Shown here piece after piece: positions 29,475 to 40,095 of a DNA stretch of 64,000 bases. Position numbers and translations under genes: made by a program. Origin of the DNA: Parcubacteria group bacterium. GTDB lineage: Bacteria; Patescibacteriota; Minisyncoccia; Moranbacterales; UBA2206. Location of the stretch: NCBI GenBank assembly GCA_041659505.1, contig JBAZYF010000001.1, positions 502,712-566,711 of the forward strand, written 5' to 3'. A model generated the notes under the pieces. It searched no databases. It worked only from the letters and a program-made list of their open reading frames with translations, and was not told the origin of the DNA. The first letter of the stretch is position 1. Every line of letters starts with the position of its first letter.

Positions 29475-31073
29475 CAAAGATTCAAAAACGGCCTCCTTAT
29501 GGGCTGTTTTTGTTTTATCTAAAGCAAAATCAGTCAGTTCTAACCTTGGGTTTTGAGCCTTTATGGTTTCTATGCCTTTTTCAATGATTTGGTACTGTTT
29601 TCTCAAAGTAATATCAAGGATTCCGTCTTTAAGGATAAAGCTTGAACCTAGCGATCGCAGTATTGTAGTCTTGGTTTTATAGTCTCCAGCGTTAAAATTC
29701 TCTTTTGCATACACTGCGAATTTGAAAGTTTTTTCCGTCAGTTCTAACCATTCGTCGGCTCGTTGACTTAAATTGTCCAAAGTCTGTTCAATTTCAGACT
29801 TTTCTTTTAAAAGGGATAGTTTTTGCGTCTTAAACTCTTCTTCGCTTAGGAGTTCTTTATCTCCGTTGGAAGGCGAGATGAAGACTTGCAATAGGTTATC
29901 AATTCTATTCTGGCAACTCTTAAGCGTCTTCTGCTGATTTTCAATCATAATATTTCTGTTGTTGACTTCAAATTCATTATCTCGACTTAGTACCTTTAAC
30001 GCAAAACCTAAAAAGCTTTCTGGCAAAGCCACACTTTCCAATTTTTTGATGATCTGGTCATTGATTTTGTCAAAAGAGATGGGCTTTTGGTTGCAATGCG
30101 TGTCTAATTTCTTCCGAGTGCAACGGTGATAAAGAAAACTTTTTATGTTACCCGTGGATTTTATTCTTTTAGTCTTGATCTCTGTGGTGATGTGACAGCC
30201 ACATTCACCACAGCGGATAGTGCCACGATAGGGCAGATCCTTATGCCTATTTTGTGGTTTCGTTTTAATCCCCAGTAGTCTTTGGACATGGTCAAATTCA
30301 TCAGATCGTACCATGGGAGTATGTTTTCCTTGGTACGTTTTTCCCAAAAAATCATATTGACCGCAGTAGAAAGGATTGATGAAAATTTTGTATCCATGCG
30401 TTTCATGGAGTTTAAAATCTCCCTTTTTGGTCGTTCTTCTAAGCCCCCATTCATTGTTGGCAATGTCAACTATTTTAGAAACCGAATATTCTCCCGTTAA
30501 CATCAAATCCCACATTTTGCGAACGATAGGAAATTTCTGATCATCAACATGTATAACTTTACTCCCTTGATCTCCACCTCTATCATTCAAATATCCAATC
30601 GGTGCTCGCCCAGGTCGCCATCCCTTCTCTGCCTTGGAAAGCATGCCTCGTTTAACATCTCGTCCAAGATCGATAATATATTGACTTGCCATTCCGAGTT
30701 CGACGGCCATCATCATCACATTATCAGCACTCCGATATTCTCGCCCAGGAGTTTGGATTGATTGGATTATTCCTTGTTGAAGCAACCATTGAATTTCGCC
30801 TCCGTCAACCGGATTTCTTGCAAGACGATTTATTTTCCAACAAAGTATTCCACTTGCTTTGCCCTTTTTTATTTCAGTCATCAATTTATTGAACTCTGGG
30901 CGACCTGGTTTTTTAGCGGATTGATTTTCTTGAAAAACGCCTTTAATTTCAAGATTAAGTTGCTTGGCAATTCTGCCAAGTTCCTTTTTTTGATCTTCGA
31001 TTGATTGGATCTGGCGATCTTCTGAGTCAGTCGACTTTCGGAGATACATCAGATATTTTGGCTTGCTTTCCAT
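29466..31073 (-). CDS. Large serine recombinase (integrase)
   Basis: YLRKST, RPEF, NRLARN, recombinase domain, CGECG zinc ribbon, coiled coil. Confidence 0.93.
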   Translation of the reverse strand: MESKPKYLMYLRKSTDSEDRQIQSIEDQKKELGRIAKQLNLEIKGVFQENQSAKKPGRPEFNKLMTEIKKGKASGILCWKINRLARNPVDGGEIQWLLQQGIIQSIQTPGREYRSADNVMMMAVELGMASQYIIDLGRDVKRGMLSKAEKGWRPGRAPIGYLNDRGGDQGSKVIHVDDQKFPIVRKMWDLMLTGEYSVSKIVDIANNEWGLRRTTKKGDFKLHETHGYKIFINPFYCGQYDFLGKTYQGKHTPMVRSDEFDHVQRLLGIKTKPQNRHKDLPYRGTIRCGECGCHITTEIKTKRIKSTGNIKSFLYHRCTRKKLDTHCNQKPISFDKINDQIIKKLESVALPESFLGFALKVLSRDNEFEVNNRNIMIENQQKTLKSCQNRIDNLLQVFISPSNGDKELLSEEEFKTQKLSLLKEKSEIEQTLDNLSQRADEWLELTEKTFKFAVYAKENFNAGDYKTKTTILRSLGSSFILKDGILDITLRKQYQIIEKGIETIKAQNPRLELTDFALDKTKTAHKEAVFESLSG

Positions 31074-31109
31074 GGTGTAATACAAAATTTAACACGCACC
31101 TAAAATCGA

Positions 31110-31289
31110 TTATATAGCGCTCTTATTCTTTGTACACATATCAGAACGCTTTTTTATCGGCTTGTACACCGACCGAACCAGCTCGACTAAGTTTTCTGAA
31201 ATTTCAAAAGCCTCTTTAAGTGAAATTTTTTCGCCCGTTTCTTTCTCGTAGAGTATTTGAAATTTTTTAGCGTCTGATTCGGTTATCAT
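31110..31289 (-). CDS. Small protein upstream of integrase (59 aa, not in ORF track; possible directionality factor)
   Basis: MITESDAKKFQILYEKETGEKISLKEAFEISENLVELVRSVYKP...; function inferred from position only. Confidence 0.6.
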   Translation of the reverse strand: MITESDAKKFQILYEKETGEKISLKEAFEISENLVELVRSVYKPIKKRSDMCTKNKSAI

Positions 31290-31499
31290 TTTGATTGTTA
31301 TAATTTAGATTTTTTCTTACACCCATTACACCGATAGCGATTTTGCCTTTAGACAAAACATTCTATGGGTGTATGACTTTCTATTGAGATACATCGGGTG
31401 AATGATCGCTTTTACACCAAACAACATCATGTTTAGTGTCTTACACCTAAAAAAGAGTGCCTTCTGAAACACTTTGTTGCTCCGGTGTAGGAGGTGTAA
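31164..31499. repeat. TACACC/GGTGTA iteron-like cluster (putative element origin)
   Basis: About eight copies in both orientations at the 3' end of the replication gene. Confidence 0.55.
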
Positions 31500-33018
31500 T
31501 ACTTTTGCTAAAATAGCTGGCGTATATGGTCTCTACCTTGCTTTTTTCAAACAAGTAGCGGTTTCCGTTTTTTGTATGTCTCTTTTCAGATGAGAGATTG
31601 AAGTTTTTGATCGCACGTCCGACCATATTTGCCTTGTGTTTGTCGTTTTTTGCGTCACTGAAAATTTTTACATCACTTGTGTAATCGATGTATTGAGCAA
31701 TTTCTTTCGGACTAAGTTCGATCATGTCTTTTCCTTCGAATTGTTCAATAACGGCAATGGCGACAGCTTCTTCAATTTCAGATGGTTCATATTCGGCGAA
31801 TCCGTACCACGCAAGAAAGCGTTCTTTTGCTCCTTCAATTTCATCTGCCCAGCCAAATAGTTTAAAAATTGTTTCTATTGGAAGCCAAAGCTCCAGTTTG
31901 CGCCCGACGATGTCATTATTCTCACGGCTTTCTGATTTGCCAACAGTATAAAGTGAGCCAACTTCGCCGTAATTATTAACCAAGAATTTATAAATCATCC
32001 CTCGTATTTCTCGCCAGTTCTCGTTGTCGTCATCGGGATCGTGAAAATTCTTCTGACTTCTGATAAGTGGAATAACTAAACATCTATCTCTTAAGTCTTC
32101 TGGGAGTTCTTTTATGGATGCAAAAACTTTTGGTGAATAGGTTTCAAATTCTAAGATTTCTCTGCGACCTTTATTGACATTCATGATCCTTCTTTTGCCA
32201 CCACCTTTTTTGTACGAATCAGCCAGTAAATCTAAAAGTCCGCTGTTATCCTTGGGGTTTATGGAATCTGCTTGATCGATTAGATATGTACCTCTTAAAG
32301 CATCAACTGTATCACCTAAGGCCGCCATCGTTGGGCGTGATTTTAAGGCGTTGAAGCAAACTTGTCTTAAGAAGTTAAGACATTGGCTTTTGCCCGATCC
32401 TTTGGGAGCTTTGATGTTGAGAAAAGGATATGCGTAAAAGATTGGGAAAAAGTAAGTTCCAGCTATCCAAGCCGATAAAAGGTGATAATCAATTTCTTTT
32501 TCCAGCTCAATGTATTTTTTGGCCAATCCCGTAATTTTATTCGCCATCTCTTTCGGATTGGGAATGGTGTTATTGGCGATTGTAAAATTCTCAACAAATT
32601 TTTGTAAAGCGTCCATACTCCAGCGATCTTCAATCCACATCAATTTTCGCTTTTGTAGTTCCAGAAAGTATGTCTCCGTTGTGTCGTTCTCATCCTCATC
32701 ATTTTTAATCACGATTATGTCTTTGTCGGTAAGCATGATAGCCCTGTCTCTCATTATCAAGAAGACATTTTTTTCTTCCTCTACCGAAGCTCGGTAGCGA
32801 AATCCTAAGACCAAAAAATTATCTCTTATATCTAGTGATGGATGGAGAATTTTTTCTCCCATGCTTTCGATTTTATTTTCTTGTAGTTTCTCTGGCGGCT
32901 GTACAGTAACCATTTCTCCGTTTGGAAGAGTAATTTCGATGGTAGAATGTTCGTTGTTTTTTTCTTCCTCGATTTCTTTTTTAAGTTCTTCGAGCTTTTT
33001 CTCTGATTGTGTTTCCAT
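31447..33018 (-). CDS. P-loop replication/helicase-like protein
   Basis: APKGSGKS Walker A, YLIDQAD, DRCLVI; follows CHC2 gene. Confidence 0.72.
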   Translation of the reverse strand: METQSEKKLEELKKEIEEEKNNEHSTIEITLPNGEMVTVQPPEKLQENKIESMGEKILHPSLDIRDNFLVLGFRYRASVEEEKNVFLIMRDRAIMLTDKDIIVIKNDEDENDTTETYFLELQKRKLMWIEDRWSMDALQKFVENFTIANNTIPNPKEMANKITGLAKKYIELEKEIDYHLLSAWIAGTYFFPIFYAYPFLNIKAPKGSGKSQCLNFLRQVCFNALKSRPTMAALGDTVDALRGTYLIDQADSINPKDNSGLLDLLADSYKKGGGKRRIMNVNKGRREILEFETYSPKVFASIKELPEDLRDRCLVIPLIRSQKNFHDPDDDNENWREIRGMIYKFLVNNYGEVGSLYTVGKSESRENNDIVGRKLELWLPIETIFKLFGWADEIEGAKERFLAWYGFAEYEPSEIEEAVAIAVIEQFEGKDMIELSPKEIAQYIDYTSDVKIFSDAKNDKHKANMVGRAIKNFNLSSEKRHTKNGNRYLFEKSKVETIYASYFSKSITPPTPEQQSVSEGTLF

Positions 33019-33019
33019 A

Positions 33020-33658
33020 TTATTGGAGCGACTTTATGGCGTTTTTGAAATCAACTCCATGAAGAAGCATATAAAATTTAATTACATCGCCCTTTTCGTG
33101 ACATCCGAAGCAATAAAAAGTATTGGTTTCGGCGTAGAAATAAAGTGAGGGTGTTTTTTCGTTGTGAAACGGACATAGTGCGACGAAATTTTTACCCGAT
33201 GATTTAAGTTCCAGCTTATCTCTGGCGAGTTCAATGACTGATCTCGACTTAGCGATTGCGATCATCTCTTGAAAATTTTCATATCGAGTGAATAATTTTT
33301 TTGTCGGACCTTCTACGATCGCAAGTTGTCTTTTGAGTTGAAAAATACGGTTTTCTATTTTGAGCAACTCTGGGATTCTAAGTTTTTCAAATAGAACATC
33401 GTAAAGCCACTGATCTTTTTCTGGAATGCCGACTAAATCTTTTTTAATTTCTGTTTTTAACCTTTCATATTCCTTTTTCCATTTCGAAATGTTTTCAGAA
33501 AGCATTTCTTTGCTTGGGCAAAAAGCCTCGACCAGCTCCTTGTCATTAAGCTTTGGTAGCGATCTTTTCCAGTGATTTTCTAGCTCGAGTGAGTGATAAA
33601 AAAATTCATCACTGTCAATGTAGTCTTGATTAGATTGGCTCTTAGACATTGTTTTCAT
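33020..33658 (-). CDS. CHC2 zinc-finger (primase-type) protein
   Basis: LCPFHNEKTPS..FYCFGC..GDVI. Confidence 0.88.
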   Translation of the reverse strand: MKTMSKSQSNQDYIDSDEFFYHSLELENHWKRSLPKLNDKELVEAFCPSKEMLSENISKWKKEYERLKTEIKKDLVGIPEKDQWLYDVLFEKLRIPELLKIENRIFQLKRQLAIVEGPTKKLFTRYENFQEMIAIAKSRSVIELARDKLELKSSGKNFVALCPFHNEKTPSLYFYAETNTFYCFGCHEKGDVIKFYMLLHGVDFKNAIKSLQ

Positions 33659-33783
33659 GCTTTTAAAAATTAAAAAATCCTTACCGTATTATGGTAAGGA
33701 TTGTAAATCAAAATTAAATTTAACGGCGTGACATTATGGGTCAATCCTAAATGTCACACTTCGTTGGGTTGCATAGTATATTA

Positions 33784-34632
33784 CTAATCGTTTGGCCTAT
33801 CTAGCTTTTTCATTGCAGAAAGAACCTCATCCTTGGTCATTGCTCTCGGTTGCGATACTTCTTTCTTTCGGCTAATAACTTTTCGAACGTATGCGAAACT
33901 TCCTTCTTGGCTTAGTCCTAATTCATCAGCTACCCTATAAGAGGTCAGTCCTTTTTTATGCAATTCAATTATTTTATCTTGCTTGTCACGAAAAATTTTA
34001 GAATGGATGGCTGGTAAGGGTAAATTATTTTTTCTGGCTGTTTCAAGTTGAGAGCGTTTTATATCTGTCCAATTGTCGTCAATCATTTTTTTCAGATCAG
34101 CCTTGGTTGCTTCTGGATAGACAAAAATCAAGGCCGAGAGATCTTTTTTGTTATAAAGAAAACCTTCAATATCGTATTCAAATCCAGGCCAAAAGAAAGC
34201 AGTATTCACCTGACAGCCATACCCTGTTGCCAATGAATCTGCCAATTCATATAGCGGTTTGTTTTTACCGAATAAGATAAATGAATGAAGATGGGTCGAT
34301 GCTCTCCGTGGAATTTGAAATTTGTCTAAAAGTTTTTCGGAAAAGTCATTGCTGTATAGGTTGTTCCAAGAAAGAATCATGGCTAGTAAATCTGGATTGT
34401 TCTTGTGTAACTTTTTTAATCTTTCTATCTCAGATTTACTTTTTGGGTCTATGTGTGACTGTAAATTATTTTTTACTAAAAAACCTCTCTCGTTTTTTTG
34501 TGTTTTAAATCCATTTTTAGGAATGCCCAGTTTCTTTCTGAACAAGTGGATTTCGTCCATAAAATCAACTCTATCCGCCAGGTTTAGTATTTGTTCAATG
34601 TATTTATTTTCTGGGTTGTCTTTCGTTTTCAT
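33784..34632 (-). CDS. Hypothetical protein with C-terminal HTH
   Basis: IIELHKKGLTSYRVADELGLS. Confidence 0.6.
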   Translation of the reverse strand: MKTKDNPENKYIEQILNLADRVDFMDEIHLFRKKLGIPKNGFKTQKNERGFLVKNNLQSHIDPKSKSEIERLKKLHKNNPDLLAMILSWNNLYSNDFSEKLLDKFQIPRRASTHLHSFILFGKNKPLYELADSLATGYGCQVNTAFFWPGFEYDIEGFLYNKKDLSALIFVYPEATKADLKKMIDDNWTDIKRSQLETARKNNLPLPAIHSKIFRDKQDKIIELHKKGLTSYRVADELGLSQEGSFAYVRKVISRKKEVSQPRAMTKDEVLSAMKKLDRPND

Positions 34633-34706
34633 AATAAGTATATTTTCCCATTAGATGAGACAAAAATCAAGTTGCATTTTGCCTTATTTTGTTGTATTTT
34701 ATATGT

Positions 34707-34825
34707 GATACCACAAGTTAATAAATACTGAGGCAAACCTCTGAGGTTTTTGTCCTATCACGCCCTTTAGCGGGCGGCTCGATGCACATGATAGGACACC
34801 TCGGTGTTTCTTGACTTGTGGTATC
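34707..34825 (+). ncRNA. Nested multi-stem RNA, c4/P4-CI antisense-like
   Basis: GATACCACAAGT/ACTTGTGGTATC closing stem, GTCCTATCA/TGATAGGAC inner stem, CGCCC/GGGCG hairpin. Confidence 0.45.
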
Positions 34826-34884
34826 CGTCGGGTCGTCCACTCAAGCGGAACTTCTCGGCGATCTAATTGATTTAGGTCGCTTTT

Positions 34885-35295
34885 ATGTTTAGCGAAAAAG
34901 TTGAATATCCAAAACTAAACGCAAGACAGAAAGAAATATACAACTTTCAAAAAGCTTCGGCCGTTTTTGCTGATTACGGGTATACAACTATCAAACTTTC
35001 AGACGACTGGATGGGCGCTGATTTTCTCGCGATCAGTTTCAATGGATCAAAGTATTTGAAAATCCAACTGAAAAGTCGACTGACTTTTGAAAAAAAATAT
35101 CTAGGCAAAGATATTTTTGTTTGTTTTTATGATAAAAAAAGTGGCACATGGTATGTCTATGCTCATGACGAAATGCTAAATAGCTTCATCAGCGGAATTG
35201 AAAATAGCGACTCGTGGAAAATAAGCGGAGGATACAGCTTCCCGTATTTAAACGACAAGGCGCAAAAATGTCTTAGTCAATGTGCCCTAGGGTAG
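34885..35295 (+). CDS. Small PD-(D/E)xK-like nuclease
   Basis: GADFLA..KIQLK spacing. Confidence 0.55.
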   Translation: MFSEKVEYPKLNARQKEIYNFQKASAVFADYGYTTIKLSDDWMGADFLAISFNGSKYLKIQLKSRLTFEKKYLGKDIFVCFYDKKSGTWYVYAHDEMLNSFISGIENSDSWKISGGYSFPYLNDKAQKCLSQCALG

Positions 35296-35357
35296 GATTG
35301 TACCTTTTTGTATTTACGGCTTACTTTATAAACTACTATTAAACAGCCTCAACCAAA

Positions 35358-36443
35358 ATGAAAATCAAAAACACAATTAAAGAATTCTCAAATAAAATCG
35401 GAATCATTTTTCTAGTCATCTTTTTAGTCGCAATTGCGATAACGAGCATAACTAATATCAGTAAGGACAAACCGTCAGTTTTGCCCACTGTTATTCAAAA
35501 AAACAATCCCGAACGTCTGAAACAAAGGTTTCAAAAAATGACTGAACTTGAAACTAAAAAAGAATATGAAAAAATATACGACAGCTACTTATCGGCGGAA
35601 TCAAAAAAGAAAGTCAAGAGAGGCATGTTCATAGAGCCGCCAAAAAATACTATTGTTGGAAATAAAGAAGTGCTTTATAAGAAATGGGAAATCAATGATG
35701 TGGTAATTAAGGGCAATACTGGATACGTAGACAATACAATCGCTTACTGTTTCAATGAGAGCTGCGACGATCGAAGCGAATCCAAGGTATATTCAGACTT
35801 TGTCTATGAAAACGATAATTGGTTTGATAATGGTTGGAGCCATATTTTAAAGCCAGTGATGTGTCTTAGGGACAGTGGATATGATATTCCAGAAGAATTT
35901 AAACGGTCAATCAGCTTGATAGTTCAACGACTTGAACAATCGGGCAGTGCTTCGGCAAAAAATAACGCCGAAGATATAAAGAAAATTTCAAACTGTCTTA
36001 ACATTCAGTATGCCGATTCTGTCCAAGAAATGAACGAAGCCGAGGGATATTTCATATTTCTACCTTCGCAATCTTTAGGTGATTACACCATAAAGATATC
36101 GCCGAAGTATAGTACGAAAGATGATCTGTTGACTGCAATTTTATTATCCCACGAAATACAGCATGCCGTTGATTTTGTTTATGGGAATTACTCGGGAGCT
36201 GGACGAGACTGCTTCGATCTCGAAGCTCGAGCGTTTACTATGCAAAATAATATAATTTCTGCCATGAATAAGGAGGAAATAAATTCGTTAGTTACGAGAG
36301 CAGCGGTTGGAAATTCTACCGAAGCTACTCAAATTGTGGATTTATACATTATCATTCCAAAACTCAAAGGAAAGGATTATCACGAAAAAGCGTTGAATTT
36401 TGTAAAATCAGAGCCATTTTATCATGAACAATGCAAAAAATGA
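35358..36443 (+). CDS. Membrane-anchored protein with HExxH zincin motif
   Basis: N-terminal TM; LSHEIQHA..EARAF. Confidence 0.65.
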   Translation: MKIKNTIKEFSNKIGIIFLVIFLVAIAITSITNISKDKPSVLPTVIQKNNPERLKQRFQKMTELETKKEYEKIYDSYLSAESKKKVKRGMFIEPPKNTIVGNKEVLYKKWEINDVVIKGNTGYVDNTIAYCFNESCDDRSESKVYSDFVYENDNWFDNGWSHILKPVMCLRDSGYDIPEEFKRSISLIVQRLEQSGSASAKNNAEDIKKISNCLNIQYADSVQEMNEAEGYFIFLPSQSLGDYTIKISPKYSTKDDLLTAILLSHEIQHAVDFVYGNYSGAGRDCFDLEARAFTMQNNIISAMNKEEINSLVTRAAVGNSTEATQIVDLYIIIPKLKGKDYHEKALNFVKSEPFYHEQCKK

Positions 36444-36694
36444 ATTAGTTAGAAAGGCTGGACCCGACAAAGGGTCTTTTTCTATTCCTCGAACCCCTAG
36501 AACATCCCTAGGAGCACAAAAGGTCAAAAAGAGTGCAGATATATGGCCGAGAGTCAAAATATTCGCTTAGGATGAAATCGTGGCTTGAAAGACGAAAGGT
36601 TTCAAATGAAACCTTTATTTGTGTTTGCTTAAATATTTTAGGCGTGTACGAAATTATAAAAGCACTTTACAATAAGACTATGTAAATCGAACTT

Positions 36695-37006
36695 ATGCCT
36701 GGAATACAAGGTCAAAATTTAGGAAATCAAAACGCATTCGGGAATTTGGGTGGAAAATCACTGAACGATCGAAAACTCGCAGCTGAAGTGAGGACTTTGG
36801 TATTAAAGAAAATCAAACAATTATTAGAAATTCCAGACTGCGAAAGGTCGGTAGAAGAATTTGAATTGTATCGAGCCGTTCTGATTAAGTTGGCGGGCTC
36901 AATTCTTCCTCGTTTAAATGAAGTCACTGGTGAGGATGGTGAAGGGCTGACGATCACTATTGCACCGGAGATTGCAGAAAAGAACGGGATTGTGGCAATG
37001 TCCTAA
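36695..37006 (+). CDS. Small protein resembling a terminase small subunit
   Basis: GNQNAFGN N-terminus, helical core, EVTGEDGEGL C-terminal motif seen in many TerS. Confidence 0.5.
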   Translation: MPGIQGQNLGNQNAFGNLGGKSLNDRKLAAEVRTLVLKKIKQLLEIPDCERSVEEFELYRAVLIKLAGSILPRLNEVTGEDGEGLTITIAPEIAEKNGIVAMS

Positions 37007-37336
37007 AACAAAAAAGGTTTAAAACAAAACATTCATTCGTGTTTGCTCAAATAAATTGAAAAGGTGTCCTTAACGGTATATTTGACCCTCTTGACTTCAA
37101 GGAGGGTCTTTTTGTTGTCCCTCGGAGTGCCATAATACTCCTGGTCGCTCAAATTAGCCAAAACAGTAGAAATGTATGATAAATAAGCCAAAATATCTCC
37201 TGGGGATGGTAATGGACTTCGAAGCACAAGCAAAAATGTCTTAGGCGAAACATTCCTTCTGTTTTTTATAAGACTCGACAACTAAGACTTTTTTGAATAG
37301 ACTCAATATATAGTTTATTTTTTAAGGTCTAAATTT

Positions 37337-38422
37337 ATGTCTGATGTAAACAAAAGAAATGCCGTTATTTACAAAATATTGACGGATTTTCTTGAGCGAA
37401 CTGGAAAATACAATTTTTTGCCACCATTCAGCATTGAAGAAGTGGAAATTTTGTTCAATACTTCAATATGGGGGCACAGGGAAATCGTACTGACAATAAT
37501 ACTCGCAAGACTTTTTGATCCAAAATTTAAAGCATCAAAAAATTTCTATTCTTGTAATCCAAGATCGATTTTTGAAAAACCAATCAGGAAAGCATTAAGA
37601 GAGTATGGAGTACCTCATAGAAAATCAGGACCATTGAATGTTGCAAAGAACACAGAGAAAATTAATAAGGACTGGGCAGCAAACAAGCATGAAGAAAAAA
37701 TTGCGATGACTGTTGTCGGGTTGGTTAAAAAAATTGAAGCCGTGCCATACGCAGAATTGGGAAAGTTTGCTTTAGCATATGTTGCGCGATACAAACAAGA
37801 GGCAAAAAGAATTAAGGAAATGGAAATAAAATTGGAACCAAAAGAAAACCCAATTTTTATTTCTAAATTGTGCATTGATCTCGTTAATTCTGTTCCTGAT
37901 GGTGGCGCAATCCCGCAGATGATTTCAGGCTTACTTATGGAAGTAAAAAATCAAGACAGAAAATGTGCCGTTGAAGTTATCGGACACTTAGATAGTGTAT
38001 CAGCCACAAATACTACTAGCAAAAAGCCTGGCGATATAGTTGAAAAAATAACTGGCGATTCTGAACTTATTTATGAAGTGACGACTAAGGGTTTCACAGA
38101 TGACAGATTAATAGAATCCCATGAATCCGTAATGGTATATGATAAAAATATAAAGGATGTTTTTGTTATATGTAGACCGAAAGATATTCCAGAAACATTA
38201 ACCACTGCAAGCAATTCGTACATTATGGCGACTACTCAATATAAAGAATTAGCTTACTATTTCATAAATATCTATGACTTCATCCAATCTTCGCTATTAT
38301 TTTTAACTCCAAAAAGTAGGAGATTATTTTATAGCAAATTAGTTGATTATGTAAATGAAACAAATACTTCAGAAAAAGTAAAGAAGTTTTTCAAACAATG
38401 GCACACTGAAAATTTGTTATAG
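37337..38422 (+). CDS. Putative type II restriction endonuclease
   Basis: Convergent with C5 MTase; PGDI..YEVT PD-(D/E)xK-like core. Confidence 0.65.
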   Translation: MSDVNKRNAVIYKILTDFLERTGKYNFLPPFSIEEVEILFNTSIWGHREIVLTIILARLFDPKFKASKNFYSCNPRSIFEKPIRKALREYGVPHRKSGPLNVAKNTEKINKDWAANKHEEKIAMTVVGLVKKIEAVPYAELGKFALAYVARYKQEAKRIKEMEIKLEPKENPIFISKLCIDLVNSVPDGGAIPQMISGLLMEVKNQDRKCAVEVIGHLDSVSATNTTSKKPGDIVEKITGDSELIYEVTTKGFTDDRLIESHESVMVYDKNIKDVFVICRPKDIPETLTTASNSYIMATTQYKELAYYFINIYDFIQSSLLFLTPKSRRLFYSKLVDYVNETNTSEKVKKFFKQWHTENLL

Positions 38423-39481
38423 GTTAAAATCTTCCATTGAATCACTTAAGGCCGATGCAACAGCATGAGCTAAATCACATGGAACAGCATTTCCTATTTG
38501 ATGGTATATTGAATTATCCTTTCCGAAAAATTTATAATCGTTGGGGAATGTTTGAATCAATGCCGCTTCTTTTGTTGTAATTCTTCTCAAGTGATTCGGA
38601 ACACAAATGTCGTTTGTCTTTTTTCCGCTAGATAATAATTTATGGTACTTTTCAATCCAATTCTTCCCATCATTAAAAGCGTGATCTTCATCAATTATAG
38701 GTGTCCTGTTTCCTCCCATTGAAGCAGGAAGGGTGTTTGAGTGTCCCATTATATCAATAGGTCTCCCAGCTCCGTTAAAAAGCATCCCGGCATATGGCGA
38801 CCTTCTCATTATGGGGTCACGAGCAAGAGTTATTTTCGCATTACATGTTTTTGGATTAACAGATGTCCCCATTGGCCCTAGTCCCTTTAATATGTCTATT
38901 ACCCTAGGCGCGCTCCGTTTATATTTTTCGAGATATTCAACAAACCTTTTGGATTCTTTTTTTGAATTTTCTTTTTTAATGCCAACAAAAAACATCCTTT
39001 CTCTTTTTTGTGGTACTCCGAAATGTGTCGCATTGAGTAATACTAACTCGGCATCATAACCTAAATCCCATGCTCTCTTAAATAACATGTTTCGAACTGG
39101 TTGCCATTTATCTAGGACTGCGAGTGCTTTAACATTTTCTAGGACAAATGCTTTTGGATTAACTTTTTCAATAACATCCATAAAACTGAAAATTAGCTTG
39201 CTCCTTTCATCATTTGGATCCATTTTGCCTGCGACAGAAAACCCCTGACATGGAGGGCCACCAAATACAAGATCAATGTTTTTAAAATCTGAAAGTTGAT
39301 CTATGTAATTTCTAATATCCCCGCATTCTATAATGCCGGTATGATTTGCAGAGTATGTGTTACAAGCATCTGAATCTATCTCATTTGCCCATACAACATT
39401 AAAACCAGCACGCGAAAAGCCAACATCCATTCCGCCAGCTCCAGTAAATAGTGATATTGATTTTCTTTTATTTTTTTTCAT
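38417..39481 (-). CDS. DNA (cytosine-5) methyltransferase
   Basis: FTGAGG, GPPCQGFS, ENV, PQKRER, QIGNAVP. Confidence 0.95.
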   Translation of the reverse strand: MKKNKRKSISLFTGAGGMDVGFSRAGFNVVWANEIDSDACNTYSANHTGIIECGDIRNYIDQLSDFKNIDLVFGGPPCQGFSVAGKMDPNDERSKLIFSFMDVIEKVNPKAFVLENVKALAVLDKWQPVRNMLFKRAWDLGYDAELVLLNATHFGVPQKRERMFFVGIKKENSKKESKRFVEYLEKYKRSAPRVIDILKGLGPMGTSVNPKTCNAKITLARDPIMRRSPYAGMLFNGAGRPIDIMGHSNTLPASMGGNRTPIIDEDHAFNDGKNWIEKYHKLLSSGKKTNDICVPNHLRRITTKEAALIQTFPNDYKFFGKDNSIYHQIGNAVPCDLAHAVASALSDSMEDFNL

Positions 39482-39495
39482 ATTTAAATTCTTGA

Positions 39496-40095
39496 TTATT
39501 CTAGATTATAGGAAATCACTCCTTTTACTAAACCTTCAACCTTAAAATCTTCTGTTGCTAAGAATGGTTCAAACTTTTCATTTATTGAAAATAGCCAAAT
39601 GTGATCTTTTTCTTTTCTGATTTTTTTAATTAATGCTCCACCATTGTTTACGCAAACAACAATGTCGCCATTATCAAAATTATTGGTCTTTTTTGTAATA
39701 ACTAGATCACCGTTATTTATTTTTGGATACATTGAATCTCCCTTTGCTTTTACTAAAAATGAATCTGCGGAAGAAACTAATTTTCTTGAGAGAGGTATTC
39801 TATCAACAGGGCTTCCATCAAGTATGCTTTCTCCTGGACCACAGTGGGCGAGTCCGTAAAGGTTTAAGAAGATAATTTTTTTATCGGGTGAATCAGCAAT
39901 TATTTCATAATCTTGTGGATTATTAGGATTTCTTTTTAGAAATCCATTTTTTTCGAGTTGTAATATGTGGTGATGGACTAAGCTTGTAGAGGATACATCG
40001 AGTTTTTCTTGTAGCTCTCTAATTGTTAGGGGGTCATCGAAGTGCTCTTTAAGTAGTTCGAGTAGCTTTTTTTGTGTAGAATGTAGTGTTTTCAT
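39496..40095 (-). CDS. LexA-like S24 repressor
   Basis: N-terminal wHTH (PLTIREL), AHCG cleavage-site-like motif, GDSM Ser, IKK Lys. Confidence 0.88.
   Translation of the reverse strand: MKTLHSTQKKLLELLKEHFDDPLTIRELQEKLDVSSTSLVHHHILQLEKNGFLKRNPNNPQDYEIIADSPDKKIIFLNLYGLAHCGPGESILDGSPVDRIPLSRKLVSSADSFLVKAKGDSMYPKINNGDLVITKKTNNFDNGDIVVCVNNGGALIKKIRKEKDHIWLFSINEKFEPFLATEDFKVEGLVKGVISYNLE

Noticed and set aside
29300-29587. 95-aa ORF across tRNA-Gly
   Set aside because: Overlaps the tRNA and the integrase end; spurious.
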